Origin: Capsulimonadaceae bacterium
GTDB taxonomy: Bacteria > Armatimonadota > Armatimonadia > Armatimonadales > Capsulimonadaceae
Direction of reading: 5' to 3'
Assembly (NCBI GenBank): GCA_965215505.1
Contig: OZ244065.1
Coordinates: 2,208,001-2,272,000, forward strand
Length of the DNA stretch: 64,000 nucleotides
Positions 10,317 to 16,698 of the stretch are shown one piece after another. Both the position numbers and the translations under genes were made by a program. Below the pieces are notes generated by a model, which was given only the letters and a program-made list of their open reading frames with translations, ran no database searches and was not told where the DNA came from. Positions within the stretch are counted from its first letter, which is position 1. Every line of letters begins with the position of its first letter.

Positions 10317-10342
10317 GCGGCTGACGGCGGGCGCGGGGGCGG

Positions 10343-11413
10343 TCAGCGCCCCCGCGACCGACCGGCTTGGAGTGTGACGAGGCCCGTCCCATCGGGGTTC
10401 TCCACCAGCGCGGCCTCGACGGGCAGGAACTGCGGGACGACCCACAGCACGGTCCGCAGGTGTTCTGTCACCTGAGAGGTCGTCCAGCGGCTCTCGCCCG
10501 CCGTCAGCGCCATCGGCAGGACAAGCTGGTCCGCCAGATGCTCCTCGCAGGCCGCGCCCGTCTCCCACCACGCTTTGAAGGCGTGGCAGACCTCCTCGGC
10601 GACGGCTTCCATGCGCTTGCCGCGCTCGCCGATGGCGGAGAAACCCGCCAACCCGCCTTCGCACTCGGCGACCAGAAGAACGGCAGCCCCCGCCCCGACC
10701 GAGGGCGCTTCGCGCATCTCGGTGGATAGCTCCACCGGCAGGCGACCCACTTCCTGACGCACGGCGGCGACGCCTCTCTCAGCGACGGTCGGAGGCAGCC
10801 CTGATGTCACGACGAGGGCCGTCACGGCGCGCAATCCGCCCCGCTCCGTCAACGTGATAGGCGAAATCGCGGCGTTCCCCGCGACCTCGGCACTCACCGC
10901 CCCTCCCCCTTTAGGAAAGAACCCCGCCTTCGGCGACAGCAGAGAAGCGGCCAGGCCGTGCCGCGCCAGTGTCGGCAGATAGACGCGCTCCAGGTAGTCC
11001 GCCGTCGGCGCGTGCGAGACGTGCGTCCCGCCGGTGACGGTGACGCGGGAGGCGGCAGGGGCAAAGGCGAGCGGCATCAGGACGGTTTGCAGGACGAGGG
11101 CCGTCGCCCCCGCCGTGCCGATGGCGAAGTGGTAGACGCCGTGCGTCGGCGGTGCCTGTGGGGCGAAGCGGAGGCGGACCGACCCGATCTCCGCGCCTTC
11201 CAGCGAGGCCGCACACAGCTCGGCTGCGGCCTTGACCGAGGCAAGATGCTGGGGCTGGAGGCCGGGCCGGGCGCGGCCCGCGCGTATCCGCACGATCTCG
11301 ACGGGCCGCCCCGTCAGGGCCGATAGGGACAGGCTCGTCCGCAAAATCTGCCCGCCGCCCTCCCCGTGCGACCCGTCAATGGTGACGCTGGATTGTGTGT
11401 CTAAGTTCTTCAT
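10343..11413 (-). CDS. rtcA: RNA 3'-terminal phosphate cyclase
   Basis: IDGSHGEGGGQILRT, RAGRARPGLQPQH, GFFPKGGG and HLADQL (catalytic His). Confidence 0.96.
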   Translation of the reverse strand: MKNLDTQSSVTIDGSHGEGGGQILRTSLSLSALTGRPVEIVRIRAGRARPGLQPQHLASVKAAAELCAASLEGAEIGSVRLRFAPQAPPTHGVYHFAIGTAGATALVLQTVLMPLAFAPAASRVTVTGGTHVSHAPTADYLERVYLPTLARHGLAASLLSPKAGFFPKGGGAVSAEVAGNAAISPITLTERGGLRAVTALVVTSGLPPTVAERGVAAVRQEVGRLPVELSTEMREAPSVGAGAAVLLVAECEGGLAGFSAIGERGKRMEAVAEEVCHAFKAWWETGAACEEHLADQLVLPMALTAGESRWTTSQVTEHLRTVLWVVPQFLPVEAALVENPDGTGLVTLQAGRSRGR

Positions 11414-11428
11414 GGCTGTCTTAGTATT

Positions 11429-11560
11429 CCCGTGCAGGCAGCGCGCCTATCCGAGACTTGTGCCCCTTCGGGGGCGGCAGGCGTCGGATCTTGGTGTTCG
11501 CTTTTGGAGACACGGACCGCCCGTGACCTCCCTTGATGGCGGCGCGCATGCATGCACGAA
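11429..11560 (-). ncRNA. Candidate structured RNA between tRNA-Arg and rtcA
   Basis: Long closing stem (CGUGCA/UGCACG plus GCGCGCC/GGCGCGC) encloses two hairpin arms: GGAG..CACGG/CCGUG..CUCC, and UCCGA/UCGGA around GCCCC-CGAA-GGGGC. Confidence 0.55.
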
Positions 11561-11561
11561 G

Positions 11562-11637
11562 TGGTGCTCCCGACAGGATTTGAACCTGTGGCCTCGACCG
11601 TCGCAGGATCGCGTTCTATCCGCTGAACTACGAGAGC
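11562..11637 (-). tRNA. tRNA-Arg(GCG)
   Basis: GCTCTCG acceptor; anticodon arm CGATC-CTGCGAC-GGTCG; T arm ACAGG-TTCAAAT-CCTGT; CCA encoded. Confidence 0.92.
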
Positions 11638-11647
11638 AATTCGAAAA

Positions 11648-11718
11648 CTCCTCGACCCGGATTCGAACCAGGGCGAACGCATTAACAGTGCGTGATGCTG
11701 CCGCTACATCATCGAGGA
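11648..11718 (-). tRNA. tRNA-Asn(GTT)
   Basis: TCCTCGA/TCGAGGA acceptor; G73; anticodon arm ACGCA-CTGTTAA-TGCGT; T loop TTCGAAT. Confidence 0.9.
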
Positions 11719-11763
11719 TCACGGCCCAGCGGTCTGTCATGACCGCCGGACCAAGTTAGAGAA

Positions 11764-11836
11764 TCGTGGCGGTGGGAATTGAACCCACGATTTACAGGGT
11801 ATGAGCCTGCCGCCTTACCAGCTTGGCTTCGCCACA
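11764..11836 (-). tRNA. tRNA-Met(CAT), atypical
   Basis: Anticodon arm GCAGG-CTCATAC-CCTGT; T arm GTGGG-TTCAATT-CCCAC; U1:G72 wobble; A at position 8. Confidence 0.85.
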
Positions 11837-11889
11837 ATGCCGTCTCTCGCTGCCCCTACCAGTCAGGGGGCAGGGGCAGAGTCCGGACG

Positions 11890-12123
11890 TCAGATGTCTG
11901 ACGCCCGGCGCGTGTGCTTGTAGTCCTGGCTGCGCTCGCGGACATATTCCACGGGCTGCCGCGCCCCGGCCCCGGTGACCTCCCAGCCGTCCTGGGTGAT
12001 TCCGTCCTCCGTCAGCCGCAGGAACCGCCCGACGACGGCGTGCTTCTCCGGTATCCAGGCCATCTGGTGCGCTGGCCCCCGCCGGAGCCGGCACTGGACG
12101 TAGTACTGTGTGTAGCCGGACAT
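11890..12123 (-). CDS. 77-aa hypothetical protein inside the tRNA array
   Basis: Strong RBS AAGGAG before ATG 12123; MSGYTQYYVQCRLRRG...WIPEKHAVVG...DGWEV...RRASDI. Confidence 0.8.
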   Translation of the reverse strand: MSGYTQYYVQCRLRRGPAHQMAWIPEKHAVVGRFLRLTEDGITQDGWEVTGAGARQPVEYVRERSQDYKHTRRASDI

Positions 12124-12149
12124 GATGTTTCTCCTTCCCTTTCTGACTG

Positions 12150-12782
12150 TTACACGGCGGCCCGCGCGACCAGCGCCTGGCTGATCGCGGCGGGTACTTC
12201 GGCGTAACCGGCGACGCTCATCGAGAACGACGCCCGCCCCTGCGTCAGCGAGCGCAGGTCGGTCGTGTAGCCGAACGTCTCGGCGACCGGGACGGTGGCC
12301 CGCACGACGGCCGTGCCGTCGGCCAATGCGCTCTGGCCCAGAAGATGCCCGCGACGCCGGGCGATGTCCCCCAGCACCGGCCCGACGAAGCCGCCCGGCG
12401 TCAGCACTTCGACCAGGCCGATCGGCTCGATGAGGATCATCGGCGCGTGCTTGCAGGCATCCAGGAACGCGAGACGCCCCGCCTCGGCGAAGGCGTAGTC
12501 GGTCGAGTCCACCGCGTGCCAGCTCCCGTCCACGACCGCCACCCGCACGTCCACCACGGGGTAGCCCGCCAGGACGCCGCCGGCCATCGCACTCCTGACG
12601 CCCTTCGCGATGCTCGGGAGGAAGATGCGGGGGATGACGCCGCCCACGAGGCCGCTGACGAACTCGAACCCCGCCCCCGCCTCCAGGGCTTCCAGCATAA
12701 GGACGCAGTACGCCTTCTGGCCTTTGCCGCCGTTCTGCTTGTCCACGCGGCCTTCGCCGCGATATCTGGTCTGGTCGGTCAT
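12150..12782 (-). CDS. Stand-alone EF-G domain IV-V protein (no GTPase domain)
   Basis: KQNGGKGQ, GVLAGYPVVDVRV, DGSWHAVDST, LIEPI, GDIARRRG and FGYTTDLRSLTQGRASFSM match the EF-G C-terminal domains; own AAGGAG RBS; 210 aa. Confidence 0.9.
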   Translation of the reverse strand: MTDQTRYRGEGRVDKQNGGKGQKAYCVLMLEALEAGAGFEFVSGLVGGVIPRIFLPSIAKGVRSAMAGGVLAGYPVVDVRVAVVDGSWHAVDSTDYAFAEAGRLAFLDACKHAPMILIEPIGLVEVLTPGGFVGPVLGDIARRRGHLLGQSALADGTAVVRATVPVAETFGYTTDLRSLTQGRASFSMSVAGYAEVPAAISQALVARAAV

Positions 12783-12815
12783 GGTCTTTCTCCTTCGTTC
12801 CCGGCGTTCGAGTGA

Positions 12816-12888
12816 AGCGGAAGGCGGGGCTTGAACCCGCAGCCTTCATGGTGGCACCGTGACGCTCCGCCGATTGAGCTACTTCCGC
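12816..12888 (-). tRNA. tRNA-Gly(GCC), atypical
   Basis: GCGGAAG/CTTCCGC acceptor; U73; anticodon arm TCACG-GTGCCAC-CATGA with one C:A mismatch and G32. Confidence 0.85.
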
Positions 12889-12925
12889 ATTGACTTAGTT
12901 CCGCGTGTCCTGCTCGTGGCAGGGA

Positions 12926-13000
12926 TGGAGATGGTCGGAATCGAACCGACGGCCTCCTGTTCTTCAGACAGGCGCTGCTACCGGACTGAGCTACATCTCC
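12926..13000 (-). tRNA. tRNA-Phe(GAA)
   Basis: GGAGATG/CATCTCC acceptor; anticodon arm CCTGT-CTGAAGA-ACAGG; T arm GTCGG-TTCGATT-CCGAC; irregular D stem. Confidence 0.88.
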
Positions 13001-13017
13001 ACAATCAACAGCCGAGA

Positions 13018-13053
13018 CAAACAAAACGGCCTCTCGCGTAGTGCGGGAGGCCG
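13018..13053 (-). terminator. Attenuator terminator C (upstream of tRNA-Phe)
   Basis: CGGCCTCCCGC-ACTAC-GCGAGAGGCCG followed by TTTTGTTTG on the minus strand. Confidence 0.85.
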
Positions 13054-13082
13054 GAGGGTTCATGGTGTGGCAGGATCGCTTG

Positions 13083-13247
13083 CTACAGCAAACGCTCCCT
13101 CCCCCATAAACCCTTCGCCCCCGCCATAAAGCGGGCACCGCCCATCGCCTGGACCTGACCTAACCCCGGCGTGACACGGCTCAGAATCAGGCGGCTTCCC
13201 GCCTGGTTCGCTTGAGCCGGTATGAAATTATTATTTGTCGCTATCAT
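13083..13247 (-). CDS. Putative leader peptide C (54 aa)
   Basis: MIATNNNFIPAQANQAGSRLILSRVTPGLGQVQAMGGARFMAGAKGLWGRERLL; starts 11 nt after an extended -10; 3' codons contain the antiterminator strand 13104-13124. Confidence 0.65.
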   Translation of the reverse strand: MIATNNNFIPAQANQAGSRLILSRVTPGLGQVQAMGGARFMAGAKGLWGRERLL

Positions 13248-13258
13248 TGCTGTTTAGG

Positions 13259-13267
13259 AGTATACCA
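13259..13267 (-). promoter_or_regulatory. Extended -10 promoter (TGgTATACT) for the Phe-Gly-...-rtcA unit
   Basis: TGGTATACT on the minus strand with AT-rich upstream DNA. Confidence 0.65.
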
Positions 13268-13337
13268 CGGTTTCATGGCAAATAACCATAAAGTTTACGG
13301 AGCTATCAATTTTATTTTCATGGCCGGTTGATCTGGA

Positions 13338-13409
13338 TGGGGACGCAGGGAGTTGAACCCTGACTTCGCGCTTAAAAGGCGCACACACTGACCGTTATGT
13401 TACATCCCC
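13338..13409 (-). tRNA. tRNA-Lys(TTT)
   Basis: GGGGATG/CGTCCCC acceptor; anticodon arm TGCGC-CTTTTAA-GCGCG; T arm CAGGG-TTCAACT-CCCTG. Confidence 0.88.
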
Positions 13410-13425
13410 GTCTTCTGACGCCGCC

Positions 13426-13464
13426 ACAAAAAGATCGGCCCCGCGCTGTCTGCACGGGACCGAT
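13426..13464 (-). terminator. Attenuator terminator B (upstream of tRNA-Lys)
   Basis: ATCGGTCCCGTGC-AGACA-GCGCGGGGCCGAT followed by CTTTTTGT. Confidence 0.85.
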
Positions 13465-13488
13465 TGTGTCTGTCTCTTTTCCTCTTCC

Positions 13489-13641
13489 CTAAAGCGGTGG
13501 GAGGAGCCGCCGATGAGGCGGCGACACGATCGGTCCCAGTATGAAGTTTTTGAGAAAGCCTGAAGCCGGGCGTAGCAGAGCCACGGCCAGGCGGTGACCC
13601 GGCATCATCTTTGTATTGCGTTTCGTCGTCAGGCTGGTCAT
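13489..13641 (-). CDS. Putative leader peptide B (50 aa)
   Basis: MTSLTTKRNTKMMPGHRLAVALLRPASGFLKNFILGPIVSPPHRRLLPPL; contains antiterminator strand 13523-13537; ends just before terminator B. Confidence 0.6.
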   Translation of the reverse strand: MTSLTTKRNTKMMPGHRLAVALLRPASGFLKNFILGPIVSPPHRRLLPPL

Positions 13642-13677
13642 TAGGTTTCGTCTCGGGTCAAGTAGGCGGGCGAATGC

Positions 13678-13721
13678 AAACACAAAACGCCCGCCTTCGG
13701 CACGGTGGCAGAAGGCGGGCG
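13678..13721 (-). terminator. Attenuator terminator A
   Basis: CGCCCGCCTTC...GAAGGCGGGCG followed by TTTTGTGTTT. Confidence 0.85.
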
Positions 13722-13757
13722 CTCGGAAAAAGGTCTTCCTGCGGGCTGGGCGCGAGG

Positions 13758-13874
13758 TCACTCGCGCCAGCCACCTCCTGCGGGGATAGGGCGACGCCCC
13801 TGGAAACCGAATGAGGGTTTCAGGGTGCCGCCGACCATCGGGCCGTTATTCGGTTGTTTCAGGGGCGAGTTCAT
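13758..13874 (-). CDS. Putative leader peptide A (38 aa)
   Basis: MNSPLKQPNNGPMVGGTLKPSFGFQGRRPIPAGGGWRE; ATG is 10 nt after the -10 box; contains antiterminator strand 13771-13781. Confidence 0.65.
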   Translation of the reverse strand: MNSPLKQPNNGPMVGGTLKPSFGFQGRRPIPAGGGWRE

Positions 13875-13884
13875 CGTGGGGGAC

Positions 13885-13914
13885 ACTCTACCCGACGCGC
13901 ACTGCCGTTGTCAA
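13885..13914 (-). promoter_or_regulatory. Sigma70-type promoter of the tRNA/rtcA locus
   Basis: TTGACA-18 nt-TAGAGT on the minus strand. Confidence 0.75.
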
Positions 13915-13983
13915 GAGCAGACGGAAAGTTTTTCGCGGCGGCAGGAATTCCGCCGTGCGTGCGGTATAGTCTAGGGGAAAGAA

Positions 13984-16527
13984 ATGTCACCTAACGCCCC
14001 CACGAAGCCTCATTCCAAGCGCCCCCCGGCCGCACTGGCGACTGTCGTCCTGTTGTCGCTGCTGTCCTGGATGGCGCTGGCCGGTCCCGCCGCGCCGGAT
14101 GCTGTCGCGATCCGGCCTCTTGACAAGGCCGAAGCGCGCGGTGTCAATTACCGGCATCAGATCCAGCCGCTTCTGGCAAGCCGCTGCGGCCAGTGCCACG
14201 GCGGGGCCGCGCCGTCGGGGGGCCTCAGCGTCGTGTCACTGGCCGCGCTCCTGCGGGGCGGCGCGCACGGGTTGGACATAGTGGTCGGCAAGCCCGACGA
14301 GAGCGCGCTGATCCAGTATGTGCGCGGGCTGAGGACGCCCCGGATGCCGATGAGCGGCCCCGCCCTCTCGGTAGACGAGGTCCACTTGCTGCGCGAATGG
14401 GTTTTCGCCGGGGCGCGTGACGACGCGGTGGCAGGTGGCGCGGCGGGCGTCCAAGCGCGTCCCATCGCTCAGTTGCCAATCGAGGACGAGTCGGGATTGA
14501 GTCTCGCCGAGCTGCGGGTCAAGCACCTGGCCCGGCTGCCCCGCGCGCCTGCCGTCCCGGTCGTCAGTGCGCCCGCCTTCAACGAGATCGACCGCTTTAT
14601 CGCGGCGAAGTGGCGGGAAAAGAAATTCCCCACGCCGCCGGTCTGCGACGATAATGCCTTCGTGCGGCGGGTCTATCTAGACGTGGTCGGCGTCATCCCA
14701 ACGACCGCGCAAGCGCTGGCCTTTGTGCAGGACAGGACTCCCGGCAAACGAACGCGCCTCGTGGACGGTCTGTTGGCCCGTGATGACGACTACGCAGCCA
14801 ATTGGACTCCCTTCTGGGAGGACGCGCTGGCCTCCAACGGCGCGCACCAGGGCGGGGCCGGGTCACGCCCCAACCTGCGGTCCTGGCTTGCCGAGAACCT
14901 GCGGCACAACCGGCCCTATGATGAGATGGTCGCCGAACTGATCGACCCCACTTCTAGCGGCCCGACGGCCCCGCTGGCGCGCGGCTGGATACAGAACGCC
15001 GACCACACCGAGACGGCCCAGAGCGCGGCGTATGTCGCCCAGGTCTTCATGGGCACGGCGGTCAAGTGCGCCTCCTGCCACAACCACTTCCTGAACCCCG
15101 AGTGGCCCCAGAAGAAGTTCATGGGCTATGCCAGCTACTTTACGCCCCAGAACATGGAGGTGATCCGGTGCGAGGTGCATGAAGGCGAGTTCGTCCCGCC
15201 CACCTTCCTGTTCGACCAGCCGAGCGCGCGCAATGCCGCCGCCCACACGCCGCTCGATCAGGACCACCGCCTGCGTCAAGTTTCGCGGCTGATCGTGGAC
15301 CCCGAAAACCCCCGCTTCGCGACCTGTATCGTCAACCGCCTTTGGAAGCGCTACTTCGGCCTGGGCCTGGTCGAGCCGGCCGACGACTTCCGGGCGGAGG
15401 GCCGCGCTCCGAGCCACCCGGCCCTGCTGTCCTGGCTGGCCGATGATTTCATGCGCCACGGCTACGACCTGAAGCACACGATCCGGCTGATGCTGACCAG
15501 CCGCACCTATCAGCTCCGCTATGACCCGCGCCTGGCCGACACGTTCAGCGCCGCCGCCCCGGACGCCCCGCGCTTTTACCGCTCCCCCACCCTGCGCCGC
15601 CTGACCGAGGAGCAGCTTCTGGACAGCGTGAACGTCGCCATCGGCAACACGGGTGCGCCGCGCGCTTATTTGGACGGCGACTCGACCGCCCTTTCGCGCG
15701 CCCTCGGCAAGCCCGCCGCCCGTAACGAAGTTTCGACATCGCGCTCCGATGATGTCGCCGTCGTGCAGGCTCTGGAACTCCTGAACGGCGGGGAGTTCAA
15801 CCGCCGCGTCGCACTTGGAACGCTGGACCGGGAGTTGTCGGAGGAGCCGGAGTGGCCGCGCATCGTCAGCCGCGCTTATTGGGCGACACTGGGCCGCGCG
15901 CCGACTTCTAAAGAACTCGGGGCCGGCAACCAGTTTTTAGAAGCCGCACCGCCCATCCCGCCGAGCAGTCAGACCCCAACCGAGGCCATGTGGTGGGAGG
16001 ACGGCCCGCCCGCCGGGACGATGCTGCAAGGGCCGTGGCAGATAACCTCGGGCCTCGTCTACTCCGGCAAACAGGCCCACACCGCGCCCATCATGGCGGG
16101 CGCACAGCAGCACTACTTTCTGGGCGCGGCCACGCCGCTCTCCGTCGGGATGGGTGATACGCTGTTTACCTACGCTTATCTTGACCCGAAGGCCATGCCG
16201 CGCGAGGTCATGCTTCAGTGGAACGACGGCCTCTGGGAGCATCGGGCGTTCTGGGGCGAAGACCTGATCAACTTCGGCACGACGGCCACAACAAGCCGTC
16301 GGCGAATGGGCGACCTGCCCGCACCGGGAAAATGGGTGCGCCTGGAGGTCGCCGCCGACGCCGTGGGTCTGGCCGGGCACGAGATCGGTGGGATGTCTTT
16401 CGACCAGTTTGACGGGCGTGTCACGTTCGACCACAGCGGCGTGGTCCACGCCGTCCCGCCGCGCCCGGCCATCGTGGATATGCTGTGGGCGTTGACGGTC
16501 AGCCCGGAGTTCCAGTATATCCGGTGA
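13984..16527 (+). CDS. PSD1 / planctomycete cytochrome c domain protein (DUF1549/DUF1553)
   Basis: Signal peptide; CGQCH and CASCH heme motifs; RRVYLDVVG, VNRLWKRYFGLGLVEP and SPEFQY motifs. Confidence 0.9.
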   Translation: MSPNAPTKPHSKRPPAALATVVLLSLLSWMALAGPAAPDAVAIRPLDKAEARGVNYRHQIQPLLASRCGQCHGGAAPSGGLSVVSLAALLRGGAHGLDIVVGKPDESALIQYVRGLRTPRMPMSGPALSVDEVHLLREWVFAGARDDAVAGGAAGVQARPIAQLPIEDESGLSLAELRVKHLARLPRAPAVPVVSAPAFNEIDRFIAAKWREKKFPTPPVCDDNAFVRRVYLDVVGVIPTTAQALAFVQDRTPGKRTRLVDGLLARDDDYAANWTPFWEDALASNGAHQGGAGSRPNLRSWLAENLRHNRPYDEMVAELIDPTSSGPTAPLARGWIQNADHTETAQSAAYVAQVFMGTAVKCASCHNHFLNPEWPQKKFMGYASYFTPQNMEVIRCEVHEGEFVPPTFLFDQPSARNAAAHTPLDQDHRLRQVSRLIVDPENPRFATCIVNRLWKRYFGLGLVEPADDFRAEGRAPSHPALLSWLADDFMRHGYDLKHTIRLMLTSRTYQLRYDPRLADTFSAAAPDAPRFYRSPTLRRLTEEQLLDSVNVAIGNTGAPRAYLDGDSTALSRALGKPAARNEVSTSRSDDVAVVQALELLNGGEFNRRVALGTLDRELSEEPEWPRIVSRAYWATLGRAPTSKELGAGNQFLEAAPPIPPSSQTPTEAMWWEDGPPAGTMLQGPWQITSGLVYSGKQAHTAPIMAGAQQHYFLGAATPLSVGMGDTLFTYAYLDPKAMPREVMLQWNDGLWEHRAFWGEDLINFGTTATTSRRRMGDLPAPGKWVRLEVAADAVGLAGHEIGGMSFDQFDGRVTFDHSGVVHAVPPRPAIVDMLWALTVSPEFQYIR

Positions 16528-16537
16528 CGAAGCACGA

Positions 16538-16684
16538 GCAGACGGAGGACGAGTGAATGAATTCACTCGCTTCGGGGAGAAGCGTCCAGGGGACGCGAGA
16601 ACGGCAAAGGCAGTCAGCACGTCTTCTGTCCCCTGGACAGGTCTTACAGGAGCGAGTGAATTCATTCACTCGTCCTCCGTCTGC
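16538..16684. repeat. REPIN/MITE-like inverted-repeat element, subfamily 1 copy 1
   Basis: GACGAGTGAATGAATTCACTCGC terminal palindromes in inverted orientation; inner GTCCAGGGGAC/GTCCCCTGGAC. Confidence 0.85.
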
Positions 16685-16698
16685 GTAACAAGGCTTAC

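Noticed and set aside
11429-11560. 5S rRNA or Y RNA identity for the structured RNA
   Set aside because: Only short matches (GAGGTCAC, CGAACAC). Lacks the 5S loop E motifs and a T-arm-like GTTCRA, and no Ro60/TROVE gene is in the window. Left as unknown.
12150-12782. Calling this gene fusA or a fusA pseudogene
   Set aside because: No domains I-III or remnants upstream, clean RBS and intact frame; not assigned the fusA symbol.
11890-12849. 319-aa ORF spanning the EF-G-like gene
   Set aside because: Its start lies inside tRNA-Gly and the N-terminal part is Arg-rich off-frame sequence; only the last 77 codons have an RBS and protein-like composition.
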